Source of the DNA: Spirochaetia bacterium
GTDB taxonomy: Bacteria > Spirochaetota > Spirochaetia > UBA9216
Assembly: GCA_965140585.1 (NCBI GenBank)
Contig: OZ223264.1
Location: forward strand, 882,204 to 946,203
Reading direction: 5' to 3'
Length of the DNA stretch: 64,000 nt
Positions within the stretch are counted from its first letter, which is position 1. Each line of letters starts with the position of its first letter. The notes under the pieces were generated by a model. That model was not told where the DNA came from, made no database searches, and saw nothing but the letters and a program-made list of their open reading frames with translations. Shown here in pieces: positions 10,552 through 19,893 of this stretch. A program made the translations under genes and the position numbers.

Positions 10552-11433
10552 ATGGGCACAGGAACCGAACAAATGAAAAAACTGCTTCTTGAATATCTTC
10601 CAAAAGAGAAAGCTGTTGATACTGCAATAAGGGGAGTCAGAATCTTCAGGCGTGATGAGCCCTATGATCCGAAGCCTCTTATATATAAGCCCCAGATTAT
10701 TATCCTGGCCCAGGGACGGAAGGACCTTTACATTGGTGATAGGAAATATACCTATGATGCTGATAACTACATAGTTTTGACTGTACCTCTTCCTGTTGTC
10801 TGTGAAGCAATTATAAAGAAGGGAGAACCGATGCTCGGAATGGTGATAGAAATAGAACCGCAGATTATCGGAGAGATCCTTTATGAGATGGATGTGGAGC
10901 CTGTGAAGAAGCCGGTGCTGAATAACAGCATGTATCAGGCTGCAGTGTCGGATGAGATTATTGATGCTGCTTTACGGCTTTTAAAGACCCTCAGATCAAA
11001 AAATGAAACTAGAATTCTTGGTCAGATCTATGTGAAAGAAATTCTGTTCAAAGTTCTTAACGGTGAGCATGGGGAGATTCTGAAGGAACTTGCTTTCAAT
11101 AACAGGAGCCTTTACCAGATTTCAAGAGCTATAAACAGGATTCATGAAGATTTTCCCAAGCCTCTTGAGGTTCAGACTCTGGCAAAGGAAGCGGGAATGA
11201 GTGTTTCCACCTTCCACAGCAACTTTAAAGATATTACCAGTACCTCGCCTCTTCAGTATATAAAGAATATCCGGCTACATAAGGCCAAGGAACTGATTCA
11301 GCAGGAAGGTGAGAAGGTATACGAAGCCGCTGTAAGAGTGGGCTATGAGAGTTCTTCCCAGTTCAACAGGGAGTATAAACGGCTTTTTGGAATTACACCG
11401 GCAAAGGATAGTGTTGCCAGTCCGGTTCATTAA
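10552..11433 (+). CDS. AraC family regulator with AraC_N domain (YqhC-like)
   Basis: IILAQGRK..YD and LAKEAGMSVSTFH..SPLQYIKNIRL..VGYESSSQFNREYKRLFG. Confidence 0.92.
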   Translation: MGTGTEQMKKLLLEYLPKEKAVDTAIRGVRIFRRDEPYDPKPLIYKPQIIILAQGRKDLYIGDRKYTYDADNYIVLTVPLPVVCEAIIKKGEPMLGMVIEIEPQIIGEILYEMDVEPVKKPVLNNSMYQAAVSDEIIDAALRLLKTLRSKNETRILGQIYVKEILFKVLNGEHGEILKELAFNNRSLYQISRAINRIHEDFPKPLEVQTLAKEAGMSVSTFHSNFKDITSTSPLQYIKNIRLHKAKELIQQEGEKVYEAAVRVGYESSSQFNREYKRLFGITPAKDSVASPVH

Positions 11434-11491
11434 AAAAACTTTTAATTTAACCCGCTGTGAAATACATGATAATATAGCTCAGGAGTGAAAC

Positions 11492-12214
11492 ATGAAACAG
11501 CCGCATATATTATGTGATTCAGAAGATGTAGCAGAAAGAGTTCTTCTGCCCGGAGATCCTGCCCGTGTGTTCAGGGTAGCAGAGCTCCTTGATAATGTCC
11601 GTGAGATTGCATTCAATAGGGAGTTCAGGACTGTAACCGGAAGCTATAGGGGGACTCCTGTGACAGTTACTTCAACTGGTATAGGCGGGGCATCGGCAGT
11701 TATTGCAGTTGAAGAACTTGCAGCCTGCGGGGCAAAGTCCTTCATCAGAATTGGCAGCTGCGGAGCCTGTCAGCCGGGAATTGCCCTTGGTGATCTGGTT
11801 ATTTCAACCGGTTCCGTACGTGAGGACGGGGCTTCCGTGATGTACGCCCCGAAAGAGTTTCCGGCTGTTCCTGACTTCTCACTTTTATCGGCTCTTGTTA
11901 AAGCCTGTTCCGATGCCGGTTATTCTTATCATACCGGGATTACACGCAGCCATGATTCCTTCTATATAGATCATGAGGCTGAGCTGATGCGCAGGTGGAA
12001 CAGTCTGGGAGTTATGGCCTCGGACATGGAAACCTCTGCACTCTTTACGCTTGCATCAATCCGCCGGGTTCGGGCGGCATCAATCCTTAATAATGTTGTA
12101 TTGTATGAGGGCGATGTGAAGGAAGGAGTCGGTGACTATGTTGATGAAGCTGCCGCAGCCGCTGAGGGAGAAAAGAAGGAAATCCTTGCAGCACTGAATG
12201 CCTTGGTAATCTGA
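11492..12214 (+). CDS. udp: Nucleoside phosphorylase, NP-I family (uridine phosphorylase-like)
   Basis: LLPGDPAR, NREF, STGIGG, EEL, IRIGSCG and DMETS. Substrate specificity is not determined. Confidence 0.85.
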   Translation: MKQPHILCDSEDVAERVLLPGDPARVFRVAELLDNVREIAFNREFRTVTGSYRGTPVTVTSTGIGGASAVIAVEELAACGAKSFIRIGSCGACQPGIALGDLVISTGSVREDGASVMYAPKEFPAVPDFSLLSALVKACSDAGYSYHTGITRSHDSFYIDHEAELMRRWNSLGVMASDMETSALFTLASIRRVRAASILNNVVLYEGDVKEGVGDYVDEAAAAAEGEKKEILAALNALVI

Positions 12215-12216
12215 AC

Positions 12217-12519
12217 TCATCCTCCGCCGAGCAGAACCTTGAAGATAATCTTCTCACCATCTGAAACTTCAGTCCTGTCCAGTGCATAGGGGCCGATCAC
12301 CTCACCCATATACTCGGTTTTAATCGGATGCCGCATCATTTTCCTGTTATGATCGAATATTTTATCCCAAAGTTCCGGAGTCTCTTTATAAAGACTGGTA
12401 ATAATATCAGCGATTGAGTCTCCTGAATTAAACTTGGTTTTTACAGTATAGGGGCCGGGTTTTTCTGTCTGAAAGTGATAGGAAAGAGGCGGATAAATCT
12501 GAACTTCGGCTTTAGGCAT
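12217..12519 (-). CDS. MoaD/ThiS-like ubiquitin-fold sulfur-carrier protein
   Basis: 100 aa ending LDRTEVSDGEKIIFKVLLGGG (C-terminal di-Gly); RBS GGAG upstream. Confidence 0.7.
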   Translation of the reverse strand: MPKAEVQIYPPLSYHFQTEKPGPYTVKTKFNSGDSIADIITSLYKETPELWDKIFDHNRKMMRHPIKTEYMGEVIGPYALDRTEVSDGEKIIFKVLLGGG

Positions 12520-12620
12520 TTCTGATATCTCCGGTGAGTTATCATACCAAACTTTATTAAATTTTTCATCATTAGCTATTGTTTATTAATACTCCTGAAT
12601 ATAGATTCAAATTATATATT

Positions 12621-13850
12621 ATGAACAGACCTACATATTTAAATATACTTATGGCTGCTACATTTCTATTCAGCCTGGCAACCGGAATGGTTAGTTTTGC
12701 AATTGTTTTTTACGTAAAGCAGCGTTTTGATGCTGATCATACTATGATAGGTATGATTACTTCAGGACAAACTCTTTTCTATATAATAGGAGTTCTTGCT
12801 TTTTCCCTTAATAAAAATACGCATCCAAGGTATTTTCTCGGTTTTTCCGCCCTTGGTATGGCTGTATTGTTAACTGTCTACCAGATTTTTCCATACTGGC
12901 GTCTCACCCTTATTTGCGGATGTCTGTACGGACTCTTTATGGCTCTTTTCTGGCCGCGAATTTCAGGCTGGGTATCCTGGGGTCTTGAGGGTAATAACCT
13001 GAGTAAAACCATGTCCCAGTATAATTTTTCGTGGTCTACTGGGGGAATTATTGCTCCGGCAGTCAGTGGTTTTCTTACCGAGCGAAATATTGTTCTACCA
13101 TTTATTTCAACTATATTTATGCTGCTGTTTATAGGACTGCTTCTTTTTATATTTTCACGTATCTATCCGGAAATGAGAAAGGGGCAGGCGGAAATCAGAA
13201 AAGCAAGAGTAAAGGCTCTGGAAGTGGGTGAAGAACCTGCCGATACAGATCCGGAAATCGGAACCACTCAGATGACTCCGCTCAGGTTTCCTGCGAGGCT
13301 TGGTGTGATTTCGACCTTTGTAATTTCCGGGATGATAGTTTTTATTTTTCCGGCATATATGAGGGAAAGTCTTGGCTACCGGGAAGGGATAATCGGTTTT
13401 TTCCTTCTGTTCAGACAGATCTTTTCAACTGCGGGCTTTATTCTCTGGGGGAAATGGAAGGGCTGGCATTTTAAGCCGCGACTGATTCTTTTTAATCAGA
13501 TACTCACTGTACTGACACTTGCCCTGCTTATGGTATCCAGGACTCCTGCAGCCCTGCTTGTTTTCTTCGGTGTGATGGGATTTAATCTCAGCTTTTCCTA
13601 TACTCTGGGACAGTTTTACGGAGCAACCGGAAGTACCAACCGGGAACGCAGTATGGCTATGCATGAGGGAGTGATTAACCTGGGAATAATTGTAGGAACG
13701 TTCTTCGGCGGAATAATCAGTGACGGGAAGGGCATGTCTGTGACGCTTTTTTCTTTCCTTATTGTCTGCACTGCCTTGCTAATCGCCCAGTTCATTCTTT
13801 TGAGATATTTTAAGAAAAAAGGACTTCTTGTATTTGTAGACATGGTATGA
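12621..13850 (+). CDS. MFS transporter
   Basis: About 12 TM segments in two 6-helix halves with a charged central loop. ATG 12621 preferred; the track starts at TTG 12579. Confidence 0.85.
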   Translation: MNRPTYLNILMAATFLFSLATGMVSFAIVFYVKQRFDADHTMIGMITSGQTLFYIIGVLAFSLNKNTHPRYFLGFSALGMAVLLTVYQIFPYWRLTLICGCLYGLFMALFWPRISGWVSWGLEGNNLSKTMSQYNFSWSTGGIIAPAVSGFLTERNIVLPFISTIFMLLFIGLLLFIFSRIYPEMRKGQAEIRKARVKALEVGEEPADTDPEIGTTQMTPLRFPARLGVISTFVISGMIVFIFPAYMRESLGYREGIIGFFLLFRQIFSTAGFILWGKWKGWHFKPRLILFNQILTVLTLALLMVSRTPAALLVFFGVMGFNLSFSYTLGQFYGATGSTNRERSMAMHEGVINLGIIVGTFFGGIISDGKGMSVTLFSFLIVCTALLIAQFILLRYFKKKGLLVFVDMV

Positions 13851-13851
13851 T

Positions 13852-14718
13852 GTGAAGAGTATGAAGCTCCAGCATTACTATCTTTTTCACAGGGAGAATC
13901 TCTATAAGGACGATATCTCATCAATTACCCTTCTTGGTGATCTGGTATGCACCCCTGACTACTACCGGGAACCGCATCATCACAGTGAGGATATTGAAAT
14001 CTGCCTGATAACTGCCGGAAAAGGAAGCTTTATAATAGAAGATACCGAATATAAAGTGAAACAGGGAGACCTGTTTTTTGCCATGCCTTACCAGGTTCAT
14101 CATTCAATTGCTGATCCCCACGATCCATACCGGATGTATTATCTTGCCTTTCGACTCTTTGATGATCCGGTATATAAAAAACTTTATGACGAGATGTCAC
14201 ATGTTACACAGCACGTGTTTACCGATCAATTCAACCTGCCTCAATATTTCAGTGCACTTATTGAAGAAGTTCTGAATAATTTTACAGCCAGAAACAAGGC
14301 TATTGAAAGTCTGTTTCATTCTATCGTTATTTTTCTTCACCGTAACTGCCTGGTCGATAAGGCAGGAATAGTCCGGGAATACAGCAGCAAGCAGCTTCTT
14401 ATCCAGAAGATTACGACATACATCGATTCTAATATACACCAGAAATTCTACCTCGATGACATAGCAAATGAACTGGGCTACTCCTCATACTACATCAGCC
14501 GTGTTTTTAAAGAGCAGATGGATATGCCGCTTTCGGGATACTGGAACAGGGCCAAGATCCTGAGAGCCCGATACCTGCTTAAAAATAATCCTGAAATGAC
14601 GCTGCTTGAGGCTTCTGAACGGGTCGGTATCGATGACTATCACTACTTTTCAAGACTATACAAGCAGATTACCGGACTTTCACCCACAGCCGACCGCAAA
14701 ATAATCCAAGAAACCTGA
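13852..14718 (+). CDS. AraC family regulator with cupin ligand-binding domain
   Basis: PHHHSEDIEI..GKG..GDLFF..PYQVH cupin and a C-terminal double HTH (YFSRLYKQITGLSP). Confidence 0.92.
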   Translation: MKSMKLQHYYLFHRENLYKDDISSITLLGDLVCTPDYYREPHHHSEDIEICLITAGKGSFIIEDTEYKVKQGDLFFAMPYQVHHSIADPHDPYRMYYLAFRLFDDPVYKKLYDEMSHVTQHVFTDQFNLPQYFSALIEEVLNNFTARNKAIESLFHSIVIFLHRNCLVDKAGIVREYSSKQLLIQKITTYIDSNIHQKFYLDDIANELGYSSYYISRVFKEQMDMPLSGYWNRAKILRARYLLKNNPEMTLLEASERVGIDDYHYFSRLYKQITGLSPTADRKIIQET

Positions 14719-14808
14719 CAAAACAGTCTAACGACAACCCGCAGATCCTGAACGATAATTAAACTAAATAATGAAATAATTGTTAAGAATGCAGTCCGGA
14801 GGCGAGGT

Positions 14809-16671
14809 ATGAGCGAAATAGAGGTGTGGAAGGATCTTATAGGGGATGCCGATTCCGGCAATTCTGTTTATATAAACAGGGTTAGAAAATGCTTCACTGA
14901 TATGGACAATAAGCAGACTGTGAATATAAGCCTGCTTTTAACTGCTCTTGAAGGTGAAAACCGCTCACGCTTTGATATAATTCTGCCGGATCCCGAAGCA
15001 GTGGAATCTGAGTTGGCAGATCTATCCCGCCGTTATCTGTACGCTGAAGTCTATAATATCCTTTCGTCACTTGGCGGCAGAATGCTTGAGATCTTCTATG
15101 ACAAGGCAAACCGCAGCCTTGATGCTCTGTGCTCCTCACTTGATGAGGCCTTCGGCATCAGTTTAAGCCGGAAAGACAGGCCTGGTTACGGCAGATGCGT
15201 AAATGTAATTGACCGCATGCTTGCCGCCCTTTCTTCAGATAATGAGCGTTTCAGTTTTGTTTATTCGGATATCAGCACTCTCGGTAATCCATCACCTGTA
15301 TCTTCTGAATCCGGCAGAGAATCAGGGCTTGTTATATTCAGACGAGCTGTCGATGGCCTTGAGGGAAAGCTGCTCTGCGGAATTGATGTAGGCGGGACCG
15401 ATATCAAGCTGGCCGTTGTCTATGACGGACGGGTGATTGCTTTCAAAGAATACGACTGGTTTCCGGCTGTTTTTAAACAGTCGAAGCAGCTTGTTGAACC
15501 TGTAGTCCTGCTTACAAGAATGCTCCGTAATATTTTCATACTTACTCATGTGCATGATAAAGTCCCGGTCGAGCTCAAGGTTCGAATTGCCGATGTTCTC
15601 AGACGCGAAGCTTCGGAGACGGAAATGTCTGTATTTTGTGATGATGCCGAATCCTTTCTGAAGGATCACATCATTAACTTTGACGGAATAGGCCTTTGCT
15701 TTCCTGATGTCGTAATCAGGGACAAGGTTGTAGGCGGTGAGGTCTACAAGACCAGAGGAATAAGGAATAACCCCGAGATAGATTATGAGGATGATTTTAC
15801 AAGCCTTACGGATCTTAATGTGCGGCTTGAGCAGTACTGCTCAAAGCCCGGGGCTGTCAGCATGATAAATGACGGACCGATGGCGGCCTTCACTGCTGCC
15901 GTTGAAATGGCTGCTTCGGATAAGGCTCCGATGGTTGAAAAGGGTGTATTTGCCCATACTCTTGGAACAGAGCTTGGTACAGGCTGGGTCCGTGAGGATG
16001 GTACAATACCTGATATACCGCTTGAAGTGTACAACTTTATAATCGATCTCGGATGTGTACCGGAACAGCAGTACCATCCGGACGATCTTAGAAGTGTGAA
16101 TAATTTCAACACAGGGCTTTCCGGAACGCTTCAGAAATATACAAGCCAGAGCGGTGTCTTCAGGCTGGCGGTAAAATACTTTCCGGCAGAACGTCCCGAC
16201 CTTTACAGGGAGCTTGAAGAAAAGGGCTATGTACAGGCTGTTCAGATTGACGGGGAAAGCAGACTGATTGTTCCAACTGAGCCGGAAGATATGAGAAAGG
16301 CTTTTCTTGAGCACATGATGATGCTTGCAGAAAGGGAAAAAGATGAAACCAACCGTAAAATCTGGCTTGAAATTGGTTCTGCACTTGGAGTCACCTGGAT
16401 TGAAACCGAACGTATCCTGCACCCGGCTGCAAAAACGCGGTTTCAGTTCGGCCGTCTTGTTAAACGGAAGGTTTGCTATGACCTTCTTCTGGAGGGAGCA
16501 AAAACAATTGTTCCGGAGATTGAGTTTGAAATAGCAGACTCAACTCTGGCCAATACAAGCCTTATGAAACAGCTTGAGGAGGATCGGGACTATACGGTTG
16601 CCCAGTTTGCACAGGCTGTTGGAGCAATTTATTATGCCAATGAATGCCTGACCGGAAAAGGCCTGGTATAA
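14809..16671 (+). CDS. Atypical ROK/ASKHA-superfamily sugar kinase-like protein with an N-terminal extension
   Basis: GIDVGGTDIK (phosphate-1 loop), GIGLCFPD, MINDGPMAA and TLGTELGTG; no Cys-rich ROK zinc motif. Confidence 0.7.
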   Translation: MSEIEVWKDLIGDADSGNSVYINRVRKCFTDMDNKQTVNISLLLTALEGENRSRFDIILPDPEAVESELADLSRRYLYAEVYNILSSLGGRMLEIFYDKANRSLDALCSSLDEAFGISLSRKDRPGYGRCVNVIDRMLAALSSDNERFSFVYSDISTLGNPSPVSSESGRESGLVIFRRAVDGLEGKLLCGIDVGGTDIKLAVVYDGRVIAFKEYDWFPAVFKQSKQLVEPVVLLTRMLRNIFILTHVHDKVPVELKVRIADVLRREASETEMSVFCDDAESFLKDHIINFDGIGLCFPDVVIRDKVVGGEVYKTRGIRNNPEIDYEDDFTSLTDLNVRLEQYCSKPGAVSMINDGPMAAFTAAVEMAASDKAPMVEKGVFAHTLGTELGTGWVREDGTIPDIPLEVYNFIIDLGCVPEQQYHPDDLRSVNNFNTGLSGTLQKYTSQSGVFRLAVKYFPAERPDLYRELEEKGYVQAVQIDGESRLIVPTEPEDMRKAFLEHMMMLAEREKDETNRKIWLEIGSALGVTWIETERILHPAAKTRFQFGRLVKRKVCYDLLLEGAKTIVPEIEFEIADSTLANTSLMKQLEEDRDYTVAQFAQAVGAIYYANECLTGKGLV

Positions 16672-16684
16672 GGAGGAATCAGCA

Positions 16685-19075
16685 ATGAACAGCAATGACA
16701 GAAGCAGATATGTAAAAGAAATAAAGGGTCTGGACTTATCAGGACGGATAGGAAAGTTAAAAGAATTGATGCTCGATGAACCGCGTTATCTTTCCATAGA
16801 ACAGGCCCTGATTGTTACCTCTGTTTACAAGAAAAATGAGGATAAACCGGTAGAAATTAAACGGGCTATGGCGCTAGCTGCAGCCCTCGAAAAGATTGAT
16901 ATAAGAATTGATGTAGGTGAGCTTATAGTTGGAAACCGCACCGCAGGTGTCCGGGCCGGAGTTGTTTCTCCTGATGCAGGAATTTCCTGGATAGACCGTG
17001 AAATAGAGCATCTGCACGACCGGCCACAGGACCGCTTTAATGTTCACCCTGAAGATATTGAATTGTTCAGAAAAGAGATTTTGCCCTACTGGAAGGGCAG
17101 GAGTCTTGAAGATCTTATTTACAGCAGTATCGGGGACGAGGTTTCGGCTATCGGTAAGGTTGCAAAGATAAACCAGAAAGATCACGCCCAGGGCCATATA
17201 TGCCCGGATACTGAAAACTGGATTGCCAGAGGGCCTGCAGGGCTGCTTGAAGAAGCAAGGCTTAATGCCATGAATGCTTCCGATAAAAACAGGAATTTTT
17301 ATACAGCAGTCGAAACTGTACTTACTGGCACTATCAGTTTTATTCTCCGTTATGCGGATGAGGCTGAGAGGCTGGCCTCTGAAGCTTCCGATGGAAAGAT
17401 TAAGGCTGATTTTGCAGAAGTTGCACGAATCTGCCGTAAACTTGCATCTGAACCGGCTGGCAGCTTTCATGAGGCGCTTCAGTCTATGTGGTTTCTGTAT
17501 GTAATACTTCAGATGGAATCAAATGCCTCATCCTTCTCTCCCGGCCGCGCCGATCAGTATCTCTACCCCTACTGGAAAAAGGATATGGACAAGGGTGATA
17601 TTGATTACGCACGATCTCTTGAACTGGTTGAGGCGCTCTGGCTGAAGTTTAATCAGATTGTATACCTGCGTAATTCAGGGAGTGCCCGCTACTTCGCCGG
17701 ATTCCCAATAGGGTTTAATGTAGCTCTGGGCGGACAGACCTCTTCCGGTGAGGACTCATCCAATGAGCTTTCGTTCCTGTTTCTGAAGGCGCAGGAACAT
17801 ATCGGCCTTCCCCAGCCGAACCTCTCTGCCAGGCTGTTCAAGGGCAGTCCCGATGACCTGGTTGATGAGTGTGCCAGGGTAATAGGGAAGGGCAGCGGAA
17901 TGCCCCAGATCTTCAATGATGAAAGCATTATCCTGGCACTGATGAACCAGGGGATTGAACCCGATGATGCCAGAAATTACGCTATTGTCGGCTGCGTTGA
18001 GCTAACGACTCACGGCAACAACCTTGGCTGGAGTGATGCCGCGATGTTTAATCTGAACAAGGCTCTGGAACTTACGCTCAACAACGGCATCTGTCTTTTA
18101 ACCGGTGATAAAATCGGTATGGACCTCGGTTCACTTGCTGATTATAAAACCTATGAAGAGCTGGAGGCTGCGTATACAAAGCAGCTTGATTATTTTATAG
18201 ACCGGATGATGCTGATGTGCGATCGGGTTGACCGTTTTCATGCAGAGGTTGTCCCCTCGGCGTTTCTGTCCTCTGTGATCGATAACTGCCTGGAAAAGGG
18301 AGTGGATGTCACTGCGGGAGGAGCCCGCTACAACCTGTCAGGTATTCAGGCCATCCAGGTAGCAAACCTTGCCGACAGCTTTGCAGTAATCAAGAAGCTT
18401 GTTTATGATGAAAAAAGCGTAAGCGGTGAGCAGCTGCTGAAAGCACTTCAGACCAACTGGGAATCCGACGAGGTTCTCAGGCAGAGAGTTCTCAACAGGG
18501 TTCCGAAATATGGAAATGATGAAGAATGGGTTGATGCAATAGGCGCCAAATGGGTTAATTACTTTGCCGGCCGTATGGGAGAGTTTACCAATGCCCGCGG
18601 CGGCCGATATCATACCGGTTTGTATACAGTTTCGGCCCATGTCCCGATGGGGCAGAATGTAGGAGCATCACCGGACGGGCGCCTTGCAAAGGATCCACTT
18701 GCAGACGGAGGCATGTCGGCAATGTACGGCCGCGACATCGAGGGCCCCACAGCCCTGCTGAAGTCTGTATCAAGAATACCCGCAGCCTGCGGAAGCAACG
18801 GAACCCTGCTTAATATGAAATTCCTTCCGGAGTTTTTTCATACTGAGGACGGCATCAGAAAGTTCAACGGCTTTCTGAGAACCTTCGTCCGGCTGAATAT
18901 AAACCACATCCAGTTCAACGTTCTGCGGAAGGAAGACCTGATAGCCGCCAGGGAGACTCCCGAGAAGTACCGGAGCATGACTGTCCGTGTAGCCGGCTAT
19001 ACAGCCTATTTTACCGAGCTTGCCGGCGACCTCCAGGAGGAGATAATAGCCCGTACAAGCTACGGTGATGCATAG
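16685..19075 (+). CDS. pflD: Glycyl radical enzyme, PflD-like clade
   Basis: Gly-radical loop RVAGYTAYF and single-Cys loop YAIVGCVE. ESNASS, SARYFAGFP and LPQPNL match my recollection of E. coli PflD. Not canonical PFL, as there is no Cys-Cys pair. Confidence 0.88.
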   Translation: MNSNDRSRYVKEIKGLDLSGRIGKLKELMLDEPRYLSIEQALIVTSVYKKNEDKPVEIKRAMALAAALEKIDIRIDVGELIVGNRTAGVRAGVVSPDAGISWIDREIEHLHDRPQDRFNVHPEDIELFRKEILPYWKGRSLEDLIYSSIGDEVSAIGKVAKINQKDHAQGHICPDTENWIARGPAGLLEEARLNAMNASDKNRNFYTAVETVLTGTISFILRYADEAERLASEASDGKIKADFAEVARICRKLASEPAGSFHEALQSMWFLYVILQMESNASSFSPGRADQYLYPYWKKDMDKGDIDYARSLELVEALWLKFNQIVYLRNSGSARYFAGFPIGFNVALGGQTSSGEDSSNELSFLFLKAQEHIGLPQPNLSARLFKGSPDDLVDECARVIGKGSGMPQIFNDESIILALMNQGIEPDDARNYAIVGCVELTTHGNNLGWSDAAMFNLNKALELTLNNGICLLTGDKIGMDLGSLADYKTYEELEAAYTKQLDYFIDRMMLMCDRVDRFHAEVVPSAFLSSVIDNCLEKGVDVTAGGARYNLSGIQAIQVANLADSFAVIKKLVYDEKSVSGEQLLKALQTNWESDEVLRQRVLNRVPKYGNDEEWVDAIGAKWVNYFAGRMGEFTNARGGRYHTGLYTVSAHVPMGQNVGASPDGRLAKDPLADGGMSAMYGRDIEGPTALLKSVSRIPAACGSNGTLLNMKFLPEFFHTEDGIRKFNGFLRTFVRLNINHIQFNVLRKEDLIAARETPEKYRSMTVRVAGYTAYFTELAGDLQEEIIARTSYGDA

Positions 19076-19087
19076 GAAGCCGTTTTA

Positions 19088-19840
19088 TCAGCCGCCCATA
19101 TGCTGCGGGGTAAGCGATTCAAGCTCTATGCCCCTGTTCACTGCTTCTGCTGCATCTGTCAGGATAGCGGCGGTTGCAGTGGCTCCGGCCCGTATTACAC
19201 CGATTGAGCGGACGTAAAGAAGGTCTTTCAGGGTTCTGACTCCGCCTGCAGCCTTTATCTGAATGCTGCTGTCTGTGTTCGCCCGCATCAGTTTCAGATG
19301 AGCTTCGGTGGCGCCCTTGTAGGTGTAGAATCCGTTGTCCTGTTTTACAAATCCGTAGCCGGTACTTGTTTTTACAAAGGCAGGTTTAACTTCACTGCAG
19401 ATCCGGCAGAGCTGAATTATCGTTTCATCATCAAGATAATCGTTCTCAAAAATCACTTTCAGATACGCGCCACCGGTTACCGCAGCCTCATTAACAGCGG
19501 CAATTTCATCTTTTACAAAGCTCCATTCTTTGCCCAGGGCCTTGCCGATATTTATTACCATGTCAATTTCTGCAGCTCCATCGGCACATGCTCGGGCTGT
19601 TTCAGCAACCTTGATTTCAGTACTGCTGTTTCCATGGGGGAAGCCGATTACAGTTCCGACGGCCACATCTGTGTCCGCAAGTATTTCAACCGCGAGTGAA
19701 ACTGCATACGGCTTGATGCATACCGATGCGGTATCATAATTTGCTGCAACTTCGCATTCTTTTCTTAGTATTTCATCAGTCATTGTCGGGTGAAGCAGTG
19801 AGTGGTCTATCATCTTTGCCAGATCTTTTACACTTATCAT
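19088..19840 (-). CDS. deoC: Deoxyribose-phosphate aldolase
   Basis: IDHSLL, VIGFPHG, EIDMVIN, KVIFE, Schiff-base FVKTSTG and IKAAGGVR. Confidence 0.92.
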   Translation of the reverse strand: MISVKDLAKMIDHSLLHPTMTDEILRKECEVAANYDTASVCIKPYAVSLAVEILADTDVAVGTVIGFPHGNSSTEIKVAETARACADGAAEIDMVINIGKALGKEWSFVKDEIAAVNEAAVTGGAYLKVIFENDYLDDETIIQLCRICSEVKPAFVKTSTGYGFVKQDNGFYTYKGATEAHLKLMRANTDSSIQIKAAGGVRTLKDLLYVRSIGVIRAGATATAAILTDAAEAVNRGIELESLTPQHMGG

Positions 19841-19893
19841 CTATATCCTCCGGTATAGTATTAATAATATCGGTACTCTTTTAAATCGAGAAT

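Noticed and set aside
15841-17470. Long antisense ORFs 15841..16422 and 16874..17470
   Set aside because: Shadow frames of well-supported genes, with no motifs or RBS.
16685-19075. Annotation as pyruvate formate-lyase or choline TMA-lyase
   Set aside because: It lacks the PFL Cys-Cys pair, has no microcompartment genes or long N-terminal extension, and its motifs match the PflD clade.
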